In this document: in pieces, positions 34,760 through 44,054 of the stretch
Layout of the letters: the number at the start of each line of letters is the position of its first letter
Numbering within the stretch: position 1 is the first letter of the stretch
Source of the DNA: an uncultured Mycoplasmatota bacterium
Lineage (GTDB): Bacteria > Bacillota_I > Bacilli_A > RF39 > UBA660
Direction of reading: 5' to 3'
Assembly (NCBI GenBank): GCA_900549325.1
Contig: UROI01000002.1
Location: 81 to 64,080, forward strand
DNA: 64,000 nt
Translations under genes and position numbers: made by a program
The notes under the pieces: model-generated
Database searches by the model: none
Seen by the model: only the letters and a program-made list of their open reading frames with translations
Told to the model about the DNA's origin: nothing

Positions 34760-36094
34760 TTAACTTATATTTTGATCACTATTTATACTTGCTACATTTA
34801 TACTTGTTGGTGCACTAGGTGCTGAAGCATAAATATTTGGTATATTATTAGGAGGAGTTACCACATTACTAGTATTCATGGTACTTACCATATTATTATT
34901 TGGCGTACTTGTTACTGGATTATTGATAGCTGGAGTATTATAAATTGTATTTTGTACTCCAGTATATAGACTATGGTCTACTACGAACTCTCCTACCTTA
35001 TCTTTATTTATTATATCATTATTTTCGCTACTAGTAAACTCTTCTTTTACTAAAATATCTGGAGGCATTATTACCCCTTGACTTTCTAGATATGAAAGTA
35101 AGTATTTGGATGGATTAGCAGTTGTTTCTTTTCCATCTGGAGTCTTTTTATATAGTATTTTATATTCTGCCTTATTATCGTCTGTAACATAGAATTCTAC
35201 TACCTCTGATACTTCTCTATGAAAGGCATTATATTTAGTACTATAATATCCTTTTATGTGTACTCCTAATTGTACATATCTATGAATTGTTTTTAAAAAC
35301 TGATCTATATCTTGGTTTGTTTCTAGTAGGCTATACATTCTACTTGGAATTGATTCTGCTTTATCAGCATGAATTGTTGATAAAATATTATGTCCAGAAG
35401 ATATTGAGTTTCTAACAGCCATTACTGCTTCAGCACTTCTTACTTCGGATAGTAATATCCATCTTGGGTTCTGTCTCATGCAAGTAACTAATACATCTGA
35501 ATATGATGCTATATTATTTGTTTTCATGGCTACAATATCTCTATGTGGAAATATTTTATCTAAGTGTAACTCTAATGTATCTTCGATTGTTATTATCTTT
35601 TCATTTTCTTTGGTATGGGCTGCTAGATATTTTATGAACTCTGTTTTACCACTACCAGTTTCACCACTTACCATAATGTTACAATGTCCTTCAACGCATT
35701 TAAGTAGAAAATCATGAATATTTAGTCTTATGTAATCTTCTGCGATTATTTTATCTTTTTGTAATCTTATTTTAGCAGGTGTCTTTCTTATTAATACTGC
35801 TATACCATTTCTAGCTATGGAATCATGTACAAAGTTCATTCTTAACTCTGCTGATTCGGCATCAAGAAAGGGATTAGCCATATTAAACGACTTGCCCATT
35901 GAATTAGCACACTGAAAGGCTATTTTTTCCATTAGAGCATTATCTATTCCAGTATTTTCTACTCTATATACGCCTTTAGATAATGACTTTAGCCATACTT
36001 GACCACCATTATCGTAAGATATATCGGTTATATCGTCATTATCAAGAAATTGTTTTAATGGACCAAAATCTATTTGATTAAATTGATTGTCCAT
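34760..36094 (-). CDS. CpaF/TadA-type secretion ATPase (VirB11 superfamily)
   Basis: Walker A SGETGSGKTEF, ITIEDTLEL, LLSEVRSAEA, His box STIHA. About 90-aa N/T/P/S-rich C-terminal extension. Confidence 0.85.
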   Translation of the reverse strand: MDNQFNQIDFGPLKQFLDNDDITDISYDNGGQVWLKSLSKGVYRVENTGIDNALMEKIAFQCANSMGKSFNMANPFLDAESAELRMNFVHDSIARNGIAVLIRKTPAKIRLQKDKIIAEDYIRLNIHDFLLKCVEGHCNIMVSGETGSGKTEFIKYLAAHTKENEKIITIEDTLELHLDKIFPHRDIVAMKTNNIASYSDVLVTCMRQNPRWILLSEVRSAEAVMAVRNSISSGHNILSTIHADKAESIPSRMYSLLETNQDIDQFLKTIHRYVQLGVHIKGYYSTKYNAFHREVSEVVEFYVTDDNKAEYKILYKKTPDGKETTANPSKYLLSYLESQGVIMPPDILVKEEFTSSENNDIINKDKVGEFVVDHSLYTGVQNTIYNTPAINNPVTSTPNNNMVSTMNTSNVVTPPNNIPNIYASAPSAPTSINVASINSDQNIS

Positions 36095-36108
36095 GTTACA
36101 CCTCCTTA

Positions 36109-36945
36109 TTAGTTATTGTTTGTATTAGTTGTATCTTCAGTTACATTATCACTTACTTGTGGTAAATCGTCTACTGATACAAATGCTGTTTTAGAATTTA
36201 TGAATTCTTCTATTTGAAGACTGCTTACTGTTACTTTTTGGTCTTCAGATAATGTTGCAGTATTTGGTATTAATAATAATTCTACATCATAGTCTGTTAG
36301 ATATAATGCTTTTCTTAATAATAGGTGTGTTTCTTCTGGTACTGCAAATAGCATATATGCAGGAGTTCTAGCTTCATCACTATTTTCAAATACATGTCTA
36401 CCTGATGAATCTTTAACATCTAGTACTTCAATATTACTGATGAATTTACCAAACATTACTTCTCCATCGTCATTTAATGATTTGTAATAGATATTGATAT
36501 GACTACCTGGAGCCATTGAGTTAGCGTATGTAGTTGCTATTGTTACTGGATAGTTTATTACAGTATATCCTTCTGGTACTCCTGAAAAAGCTGAATCCGG
36601 TAAGTCTTTTTCGTCTACCACTAAATCTGTATAGAATAAACTTCCTTTAGCTATCATAGTATTATAATTAGAATATTTTCCTACGATACTTTTGGCTGTG
36701 GTATAGTACTTACTAGTATTAAGTAGTTCTATAGGAACATTTCTAATCTCTATCATATCGTCTGTTATGTATGTTCTTGGTTGTATTGTTTGTTTAGCAA
36801 CAGGTACTGCTACTAATTCTGTTTTAGAATTTATTCTATAATTATAACCAATATATAATATTACTAAACATAATATTACCCCTAGTATGGTAACGGTATT
36901 TTTGTTACCAAAAAATTTTTTCATTGATGCTTTTAAATTATTCAT
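36109..36945 (-). CDS. CpaB/RcpC-like Flp pilus assembly protein (SAF domain)
   Basis: N-terminal TM then VPVAKQTIQPRTYITDDMIEIRNVP...IVGKYSNYNTMIAKGSLFYTDLV, typical of CpaB. Confidence 0.7.
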   Translation of the reverse strand: MNNLKASMKKFFGNKNTVTILGVILCLVILYIGYNYRINSKTELVAVPVAKQTIQPRTYITDDMIEIRNVPIELLNTSKYYTTAKSIVGKYSNYNTMIAKGSLFYTDLVVDEKDLPDSAFSGVPEGYTVINYPVTIATTYANSMAPGSHINIYYKSLNDDGEVMFGKFISNIEVLDVKDSSGRHVFENSDEARTPAYMLFAVPEETHLLLRKALYLTDYDVELLLIPNTATLSEDQKVTVSSLQIEEFINSKTAFVSVDDLPQVSDNVTEDTTNTNNN

Positions 36946-36976
36946 ATTATTTTCCTCCTTTATTTAAATAATTTTT

Positions 36977-37867
36977 TTATTTTGCATACTCATATTCATT
37001 ATAATTCCATGTTATTTCTAATTTTAACACTGTTGTTCCTGGACTTCCTGTTCCTGTCCATTCTATCCAATATTTTGATTCTTCACATTCTTCAGTAGTT
37101 AAACATATTCTTCCTTTTATGCTAGTTACTGTAATATTTTTTTGGATGTTATTTATATTCGTAATATTATTACTAGCATCAAAGTTAGTTTGTTCATTGC
37201 TACTTCTAGTCCAATCTATATCTCTATTTAATAGAGCATATAACAGTTCTCCTTCTTCTGTTACATTTCCTTTGTTTGAAGCCTTGGATATTTTAACATC
37301 ATAAACGTTGCTATGATTTAGTTCATCGGGTAAATTGATTGGCTCTTTTACTGAATAGTTACCAGAACTACTATAAGGTACTGAGTAATAAATCTTGGTA
37401 AAGGCTTTATTTACTAAAGGTGTTCCATTTACATAACTTTCACCACTTTTAGATCCATCTTTACCATAATATTCTAATATTGCACTTAAAGTATTAGCAA
37501 CATGATAATCGGATGTATCTTGATAAATCGTGTACTCTCCTATTCCAGTATTTATTGACACTGTTACCTTAGGTGGTTCTTCCATAATATCAAAATAATT
37601 TATTGTATAATTGCTACCTGCAAATACTGTTGATTCTGCAAATCTTCTAGTAAAGCTTTCTACAAATTTATCTTTAATTATTTTTAATTCTCCAGTTTCT
37701 CTATAATAATCCATATTGATGGCATCAATCATTGAGGCTTCAGTTACTTCCTTAAGTAGGTAATAATCATTTTCGTTATTTGTAGTTATATTTTGAAATA
37801 ATATTATGATGGTTAAGCCAACTAATCCAAATACTATTAATCCAACACTAGTAAATGACCATTTCAT
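36977..37867 (-). CDS. Membrane-anchored extracytoplasmic protein, 296 aa, unknown function
   Basis: N-terminal hydrophobic helix MKWSFTSVGLIVFGLVGLTIIILF. ATGA overlap with the upstream gene. Confidence 0.6.
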   Translation of the reverse strand: MKWSFTSVGLIVFGLVGLTIIILFQNITTNNENDYYLLKEVTEASMIDAINMDYYRETGELKIIKDKFVESFTRRFAESTVFAGSNYTINYFDIMEEPPKVTVSINTGIGEYTIYQDTSDYHVANTLSAILEYYGKDGSKSGESYVNGTPLVNKAFTKIYYSVPYSSSGNYSVKEPINLPDELNHSNVYDVKISKASNKGNVTEEGELLYALLNRDIDWTRSSNEQTNFDASNNITNINNIQKNITVTSIKGRICLTTEECEESKYWIEWTGTGSPGTTVLKLEITWNYNEYEYAK

Positions 37868-39957
37868 GAATTACCACCTTCTTTGATATAATTTCTAAAG
37901 AAATCTTTATCTACTTCATTAAAGTAACTATGATTTTTATTATATTCTTTTATCTCACTTATTGTTTTATTATCTAGTTCAGTATAGTATTCTAGCTTTT
38001 TATATGAGTCTTCAAGTGTCTTTTTATCTTTATTTCCTTCAGTTATATACCAGGTATACCAATTAACTCCTGGGAATCTACTAGGAAATGGATTATTTAA
38101 ATTTATTGGTCTATATGTAAATTTATATCTTACTTTACCATTTTCTTTTTCACCACTTGATGGTTCATATATTCTGTTAGTTACTTTTAATAAACAGCTT
38201 GTATCAATAGTCCAAGTGCCAAACCATACTTTATTTTTGTTTGTTGAATCTTTTTTTGCCTGCGTCTCAGATAATCTACTTAAGTTTTCTAATGTTACGT
38301 TTATGTTATACTTTTGTATATCTAATGGTATATAATATTTATTATTAATATTAGCATTATCATTAGATTCTGAATAACTCACTTTACCAGTTAGTTCTTT
38401 TAGATATGATTCTGGTAAAAAGAATGTACATGTTGTTATTAATTTATTGGCAGTAGTAAATGATCCTGACTGAGTACATTTTTTAACAAGTCTTGAACTA
38501 TCTAATCCAGTTATTGTTAATGTTATATTTTCTTCAAAGTCTGATAATGATTTTAATTTGTTTTGCATTGCTTCATCAATATCTTTTCTTTGAGCAGTAG
38601 TTAGTACTTTGTTAGTCGCATAATTCCAGCTAACTTCATTATAATAGGTGATTCCATATTTTAACCAACCGCCATTATAACTATTGGCATTATAATTTTT
38701 ATCTTCGTTTACCAAATTGGATTTAAATACATTTGATATATATCCTTTTTGTTCTATCTTCACTACTGCACTAGTTCCATTGTTTCTTACTGTTAGTTCA
38801 TTACAAGTTGAAGACAAATTAGTCCAACTATTGCAACTCATTTTCTTGTTAGAGGCTGGCTCAGATACAGCACATTTTTTATCATTCTTTACATTAATTT
38901 TAAATGATGTGTTACCTGTAGGTATTACCCAAGAAGACCATGCAGCTTTTGGAGAGCTAGAACCTGGTGGGCAAATTTCTCTGATACCATCACTACCACT
39001 TATGCCAGCAGTTCCTATCAAGAATCTTCCTGGACCATATGTGTTATTTGGAAAACTGTTTTTTTGTGCTTCTAAATAACCATTTTGAAATCCAATACTA
39101 TTGCTTTTTGATACTATGTTATAAGTGGAGTCCGCTGCTCCTATACAGTCTTTTATTTCTTTACCATTTTCTGTTTCTAGATTTTCGTTGCTTATCCAAG
39201 CAGTTGTTGCTATAAACTTTACTGTATTTGAAAAACTTGTTTTATCTATTTGGATATAATCGTTTCCGCTATTGCCTTTAAGTAAACCTTCTCTTATAAA
39301 TAATGATTCATATGCAGAGGTGCTGTTTCCAGTCTTTTTTTGATAATCTTTATTGGTAGCGGCTATTTCAAAATAGACATCACTCTCTTCAGGGACATTA
39401 AGCCATTCTCCTTGACGAACGTTAAAGCTTATATCAAATCCTAAATCCTCATAGTAACAGTTACTACCATCTTTATTAGTATTACATTTGTTATCCCAAA
39501 CTAATCCTACCGGAAATGTATATGTTGTTTCATTATATAATGTTTTAGCTTCATCTTTACTATTTAAATTGTAATACATTTGCTGATAAAAATTATATTT
39601 TTTCCCATTTACACTTTTTTGGCCTTCAATCTCTTTTGTCTCTATTATGGTCTTTCTACCATTTTTCAAATAATAAGCTCTAATAAATATTCTTTGACCA
39701 CCATTTGTAGATGTACTATTATCTGAAAATGTTACATTAAGTATTTCATCAGTTTCATTACCATTACTATCCATTTTATTAACTGTTACAAAGTTGTGAG
39801 TTTGATGTAAGAAAGCCCATCCTTTAAAATTAATTGTACCATCTGGGGTTATTTTAAGATCGGTTACATCATATCTTAATTCTCCTACTACTGCATTTAC
39901 TTTTCCTATCATTAATACGAACAATATGATAGCTACAAAGATGTATCTTTTTCTCAT
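37864..39957 (-). CDS. Large secreted Cys-containing protein, 697 aa (candidate adhesin or pilus-associated)
   Basis: Signal peptide MRKRYIFVAIILFVLMIGKVNA. No TM. Many Cys and N/T/S-rich beta-like sequence. Translationally coupled on both sides. Confidence 0.6.
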   Translation of the reverse strand: MRKRYIFVAIILFVLMIGKVNAVVGELRYDVTDLKITPDGTINFKGWAFLHQTHNFVTVNKMDSNGNETDEILNVTFSDNSTSTNGGQRIFIRAYYLKNGRKTIIETKEIEGQKSVNGKKYNFYQQMYYNLNSKDEAKTLYNETTYTFPVGLVWDNKCNTNKDGSNCYYEDLGFDISFNVRQGEWLNVPEESDVYFEIAATNKDYQKKTGNSTSAYESLFIREGLLKGNSGNDYIQIDKTSFSNTVKFIATTAWISNENLETENGKEIKDCIGAADSTYNIVSKSNSIGFQNGYLEAQKNSFPNNTYGPGRFLIGTAGISGSDGIREICPPGSSSPKAAWSSWVIPTGNTSFKINVKNDKKCAVSEPASNKKMSCNSWTNLSSTCNELTVRNNGTSAVVKIEQKGYISNVFKSNLVNEDKNYNANSYNGGWLKYGITYYNEVSWNYATNKVLTTAQRKDIDEAMQNKLKSLSDFEENITLTITGLDSSRLVKKCTQSGSFTTANKLITTCTFFLPESYLKELTGKVSYSESNDNANINNKYYIPLDIQKYNINVTLENLSRLSETQAKKDSTNKNKVWFGTWTIDTSCLLKVTNRIYEPSSGEKENGKVRYKFTYRPINLNNPFPSRFPGVNWYTWYITEGNKDKKTLEDSYKKLEYYTELDNKTISEIKEYNKNHSYFNEVDKDFFRNYIKEGGNS

Positions 39958-40643
39958 TCTAATACACCTCTTTTCTTTCTCTTATTAACAATAATTATAA
40001 TTATCAATATTATTAATACTACTGCTAAAACGGATACTATATACAGTTGATATTTAGTTATAAGTGATATAGCTTTGTCTAATATTTCTGTAAAATAATT
40101 ACCTTTTTTTGTATTATTATCTTCTGGCTTTATATCTTTTGTTTTTTTATATTCTTCTAGTTTTTTTACAAATGTTTCATAACTTGGCTGATATTCTAAG
40201 TATTTTGAACATAACGGAAATTCGTCGGTATTTATTCCTTCACACAATGGATCTAAAGAATATGAATTAAACTTTGGTAATTTAACACTTATATCACCTA
40301 TCTTTTCCTGGCAACTATTTGAATATATTGAAAATCTATATTTACCAGTAGCAATTTTATTTATAATTATTTTATTATCTTTTACTTCTTTCCACTCTTC
40401 ATTATAATCGTCTATTCTAATATACATATCAGTACTGATATTACTAAATGTTAAATCAAACATATAGTCTACAATTACACCATCATCATTGGCATTGCTT
40501 CCTAAATGTTTATATGTGACTTTTACTTTGCTTGCTTCCTCTTTTAATGTGTCAAGTTCTTCTTTTGTACAAGATGCTGATACTGGTAAAGTACTTAATA
40601 AAAGCATTAAAAATGTAAATATTATATAACTTATTTTTTTCAT
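39954..40643 (-). CDS. Secreted protein with C-terminal membrane anchor, 229 aa
   Basis: Signal peptide ending VSA, four Cys, C-terminal TM followed by KRKKRG. First gene of the operon. Confidence 0.6.
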   Translation of the reverse strand: MKKISYIIFTFLMLLLSTLPVSASCTKEELDTLKEEASKVKVTYKHLGSNANDDGVIVDYMFDLTFSNISTDMYIRIDDYNEEWKEVKDNKIIINKIATGKYRFSIYSNSCQEKIGDISVKLPKFNSYSLDPLCEGINTDEFPLCSKYLEYQPSYETFVKKLEEYKKTKDIKPEDNNTKKGNYFTEILDKAISLITKYQLYIVSVLAVVLIILIIIIIVNKRKKRGVLE

Positions 40644-40764
40644 ATTTAATGCTCCCTTCTCACTACCCTACTATATATATAATGATATCATTTTTTGAAT
40701 TAAAAAAAAAGTAGTTTTTGCTTTTTTTTATAAAAAGTGATATTATTATATTGGTGATTATAAA

Positions 40765-41205
40765 ATGAAAAAGAAAAATTATTTAATTATTGGTGGCATT
40801 ATACTAATAATGGTTATCATTGGTGGTATTATTTGGTATAGCATACACATGGATAATAAAAACTTTATTAAGCTTAGTTATAATGATGTATTGGAAAAAG
40901 TGAATAATAAAGAAAGCTTTATACTATGTGTATCCGCTAGTGAATGTACTCATTGTAAGACTTATAAACCCAAATTAAAGAAAATATCTAATGATTATAA
41001 TATTAAAATATATTATACTGATGTTGATAAGTTTAGCGATGAAGACTATGCTGAATTTAAGAATAAATTTAGTTTTGATGGTGGTACTCCTACAACTATA
41101 TTCTTTAAAGATGGTGAAGAAAAAACTACTGCCACTAGAATTGAAGGAGATATATCAATAGAAAGAACTATAGATAAATTTAAAAAGAATGGCTTTATTA
41201 AATAA
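40765..41205 (+). CDS. Membrane-anchored thioredoxin-fold thiol-disulfide oxidoreductase
   Basis: N-terminal TM and a CTHC active-site motif in thioredoxin-like context (ILCVSASECTHCKTYKPKL). Divergent from the Tad-like operon. Confidence 0.75.
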   Translation: MKKKNYLIIGGIILIMVIIGGIIWYSIHMDNKNFIKLSYNDVLEKVNNKESFILCVSASECTHCKTYKPKLKKISNDYNIKIYYTDVDKFSDEDYAEFKNKFSFDGGTPTTIFFKDGEEKTTATRIEGDISIERTIDKFKKNGFIK

Positions 41206-41206
41206 G

Positions 41207-41716
41207 TCATTCTTTTTCTAAGTAATCTTCTCCTTTAAATGGATCACTTCTTAGTAAGTTAGGAAACTTTTGCTGTCTTAAAGCTTCATAAGTTACTAAT
41301 GCTACACAATTAGATAAATTCAAAGCTCTTATATTATCACTAGTTGGTATCCTATAACATCTATCTAAATTATTATGTAATATTTCTTTTGGGATGCCTG
41401 TGCTTTCTTTCCCAAAGATTAAATAGTAATTTTTATTCTTATCACTAAAATCTATTTCATCATATGCTTTTGTACCATATCTAGTAAAATAATAGTATTC
41501 TCCTTCATTATTATTTTTAAAATCTTCGTAATCTAGGTATCTTCTATATTCTACTTTATCTATATAATTTACTCCACTTCTTTTAATTCTTTTTTCATCT
41601 AGGACAAAACCTAATGGCTCTATTAAATGTAACTTACTATTGGTGCCTGCACAAGTTCGCATTATATTTCCAGTATTTTCTGGTATTTCTGGTTCGTATA
41701 AAACTATATTAATCAT
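41207..41716 (-). CDS. trmL: tRNA (cytidine/uridine-2'-O)-methyltransferase TrmL
   Basis: MINIVLYEPEIPENTGNIMRTC...LHLIEPLGF is near-identical in pattern to E. coli TrmL. Confidence 0.9.
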   Translation of the reverse strand: MINIVLYEPEIPENTGNIMRTCAGTNSKLHLIEPLGFVLDEKRIKRSGVNYIDKVEYRRYLDYEDFKNNNEGEYYYFTRYGTKAYDEIDFSDKNKNYYLIFGKESTGIPKEILHNNLDRCYRIPTSDNIRALNLSNCVALVTYEALRQQKFPNLLRSDPFKGEDYLEKE

Positions 41717-42227
41717 TATTTATTATTCCTTCTTCTATTAAGTATTCTTTTAATAATTTTATATTATAATTATTCTTTTTTACATCAAAGTAACTTATTA
41801 TTTCACCATTTTTGTATATAATTATAGCTGGATAACTAATAGTTTTATTTTCTATCTTAAGTTTGTTTGTATCTTTATCTGTTAAATCTAAATAAAGTAT
41901 TGTATTGTTTAGTGAATAATCATTAACTAATAGTTTTAATTTCTTTTCAAATTTTCTTATTTCTTTATTATTTAATTCTGAAACATAAATAACTGAATCT
42001 TTATTTTCTACAAGAAAGTTATCTAACTCATTATAATTAATTACTCGTAAATATTTATCCATTATTGGTGTTTTTAAATTATTTTCTTCATTACTACTAT
42101 GCCACATAAAGAAATATATTACCACTATTACTGTTAATATAAGAGTTATAGCAAGTAAAATATAGTTTTTAAATGGTATATTTCTATTTTTTTCCATAAT
42201 TTGATACCTCCTTTTATATTGTAACAA
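41709..42227 (-). CDS. Membrane-anchored hypothetical protein, 172 aa (start uncertain)
   Basis: TM helix then a domain with thioredoxin-like spacing but no Cys. Confidence 0.5.
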   Translation of the reverse strand: MLQYKRRYQIMEKNRNIPFKNYILLAITLILTVIVVIYFFMWHSSNEENNLKTPIMDKYLRVINYNELDNFLVENKDSVIYVSELNNKEIRKFEKKLKLLVNDYSLNNTILYLDLTDKDTNKLKIENKTISYPAIIIYKNGEIISYFDVKKNNYNIKLLKEYLIEEGIINND

Positions 42228-42313
42228 TTTATAATTGTTTTTTCAAGAAAATTATATGATTTTACATTTGTTTTATACATTTATTATGTTGATAACACAT
42301 AGTTAATTTTTGG

Positions 42314-42342
42314 TTTACTTTTACGATAATGAATGCTATAAT
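42314..42342 (+). promoter_or_regulatory. Candidate promoter of queH
   Basis: TTTACT, 17 nt, TATAAT with an upstream TGC (extended -10). Confidence 0.5.
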
Positions 42343-42364
42343 ATTAGTGTTTTTGAGGTGAACT

Positions 42365-42964
42365 ATGAAAGATAATTATAGTGTTATGTGCGAAGAAATC
42401 TTAAATAATTTGGATGGTAAAAAGAAACTTTTACTTCATAGCTGCTGCGGTCCATGTAGTAGTTATGTTATTAGTTATCTTACTAATTATTTTGATATTA
42501 CTATCTTGTATTATAATCATAATATATATCCTTATGAAGAATATTTAAAAAGAAAAGAAGAACAGATTAAGCTTATTAAGGAAATTGATAAAACTAATAA
42601 AGTTGATATATTAGATTGTGATTATGATAATGATGCTTATGAAAAATTAATTAAAGGATTAGAAAAAGAACCTGAAAGAGGTAAAAGATGCCTAGTATGC
42701 TATAGGATGCGAATGGAAAAGACTGCTGAAATAGCTAAAGATAATAATTATGATTATTTTTGCACTACTTTATCTGTTAGCCCATATAAAAATTCTCTTT
42801 GGATCAATGAAATTGGTAAGGAACTTGAAGAAAAATATAAAGTTAAATGGCTATACTCTGACTTTAAGAAAAAAGATGGCTATAAAAAATCCATCTTGTT
42901 ATCACAAAAATATAATCTATATAGACAAAATTACTGTGGATGTATATATTCAAAACCACAGTAA
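42365..42964 (+). CDS. queH: Epoxyqueuosine reductase QueH
   Basis: LLLHSCCGPCSSYV and the C-terminal YRQNYCGC are hallmark DUF208/QueH cysteines. Confidence 0.85.
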   Translation: MKDNYSVMCEEILNNLDGKKKLLLHSCCGPCSSYVISYLTNYFDITILYYNHNIYPYEEYLKRKEEQIKLIKEIDKTNKVDILDCDYDNDAYEKLIKGLEKEPERGKRCLVCYRMRMEKTAEIAKDNNYDYFCTTLSVSPYKNSLWINEIGKELEEKYKVKWLYSDFKKKDGYKKSILLSQKYNLYRQNYCGCIYSKPQ

Positions 42965-42970
42965 TTTTTT

Positions 42971-43837
42971 TTATTTCATGTTTTTAATTAAGAAATATGC
43001 TACTACTACCACTGTTATTGCTAGCACTAGGCATATTGTTCCAATGATAATATATTTTGTATTGGCATTTCCAGCACTACCTTTTCTAGCAACATTTGGT
43101 TGAAGATTTAATCCAGCATTATTTAAACTAGGATCTGAAACAACTGCTAGTTTTTCTGCTTGTGGATTAGGTTCATTTACAGTAGAATTACTTGGCATTA
43201 CTGGAGTAATATTTGGCACTGGTTGAGTTGGTGCTTGAGGTGATGTATTAAATATTTGTTCAGCAGAAACTTGAGGATTTGGAGTTATTGGTACACTGGT
43301 AATAGGTGCTACTACTGGTTCAGCAGGGGCACTTGCTACAGGCTCATTTACTTCCATTGTAGGAACTGACCAAGTTGGAATTGTTGGAGCTGGTTCTTCT
43401 ACTTTGGTTACTAAATTTGCTTTAAAGAAATTTATTGCTTCCTCCACTAATAATTTGTTTGTTATTGCTATTGAGCAGTTACTATAATAGTTCTGTTCAT
43501 TAAGCATTGGCATTTCTATTGATAACATAACTTTATTTTCATTAGTTAATTTATCAATCAATGATTTTGCTTCTATTCCTTTTTTAGCTTCATTTGGTGT
43601 TAATATAACAATGTTATATACAACTCCACTTAATTTGTTTTTTTCTTCAGAAGTAATATCATCTATAAAATATCTTCCTTCTGAATTTAAAGTTAATCTT
43701 GAAACAAATACTTGTTTATTACTTTCATTCTCATCAGTACAATAAATTAAATAGTCTTTGTTTTCTAAATTAAATTTTACTATAATTTCTGCTTCTTTTT
43801 TTATGCCATTGGCATTAAGTATAAACTTATTATTCAT
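42971..43837 (-). CDS. Hypothetical protein with Pro-rich linker and C-terminal TM anchor
   Basis: 288 aa. Globular N-terminus, P/V/T/N-rich middle, C-terminal hydrophobic helix. Confidence 0.55.
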   Translation of the reverse strand: MNNKFILNANGIKKEAEIIVKFNLENKDYLIYCTDENESNKQVFVSRLTLNSEGRYFIDDITSEEKNKLSGVVYNIVILTPNEAKKGIEAKSLIDKLTNENKVMLSIEMPMLNEQNYYSNCSIAITNKLLVEEAINFFKANLVTKVEEPAPTIPTWSVPTMEVNEPVASAPAEPVVAPITSVPITPNPQVSAEQIFNTSPQAPTQPVPNITPVMPSNSTVNEPNPQAEKLAVVSDPSLNNAGLNLQPNVARKGSAGNANTKYIIIGTICLVLAITVVVVAYFLIKNMK

Positions 43838-43943
43838 AATTTTTCCTCCATTAAACTATTTTCTATTCTGTTGTAAGTATATCATATTTTTTTAATAGTT
43901 ACAAGTATTAAAGAAAAAATATTTTTGCTTTTTGTATTTTTTT

Positions 43944-44035
43944 AAGTCTTGATGTTATGGCTTATATATAATAGATTTTATTTTAAAACTTTGAAAAGGT
44001 TTAAAATAACGCCTTAAGCCATATGGCTTAAGGGG
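43944..44035 (+). repeat. Tandem-hairpin intergenic element, copy C (divergent)
   Basis: AAG-TCTTGATGTTATGG-CTTATATATAATAG, then an AT-rich hairpin, then GCCTTAAG-CCATATGG-CTTAAGGGGC. Confidence 0.55.
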
Positions 44036-44054
44036 CAAAAAGAAAAAGAAGAAA

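Noticed and set aside
40669-40690. 12-bp palindrome AATGATATCATT in the divergent region between the Tad-like operon and the trx-like gene, as an operator.
   Set aside because: It is short and AT-rich, so it is expected by chance in this composition, and it does not recur in the window.
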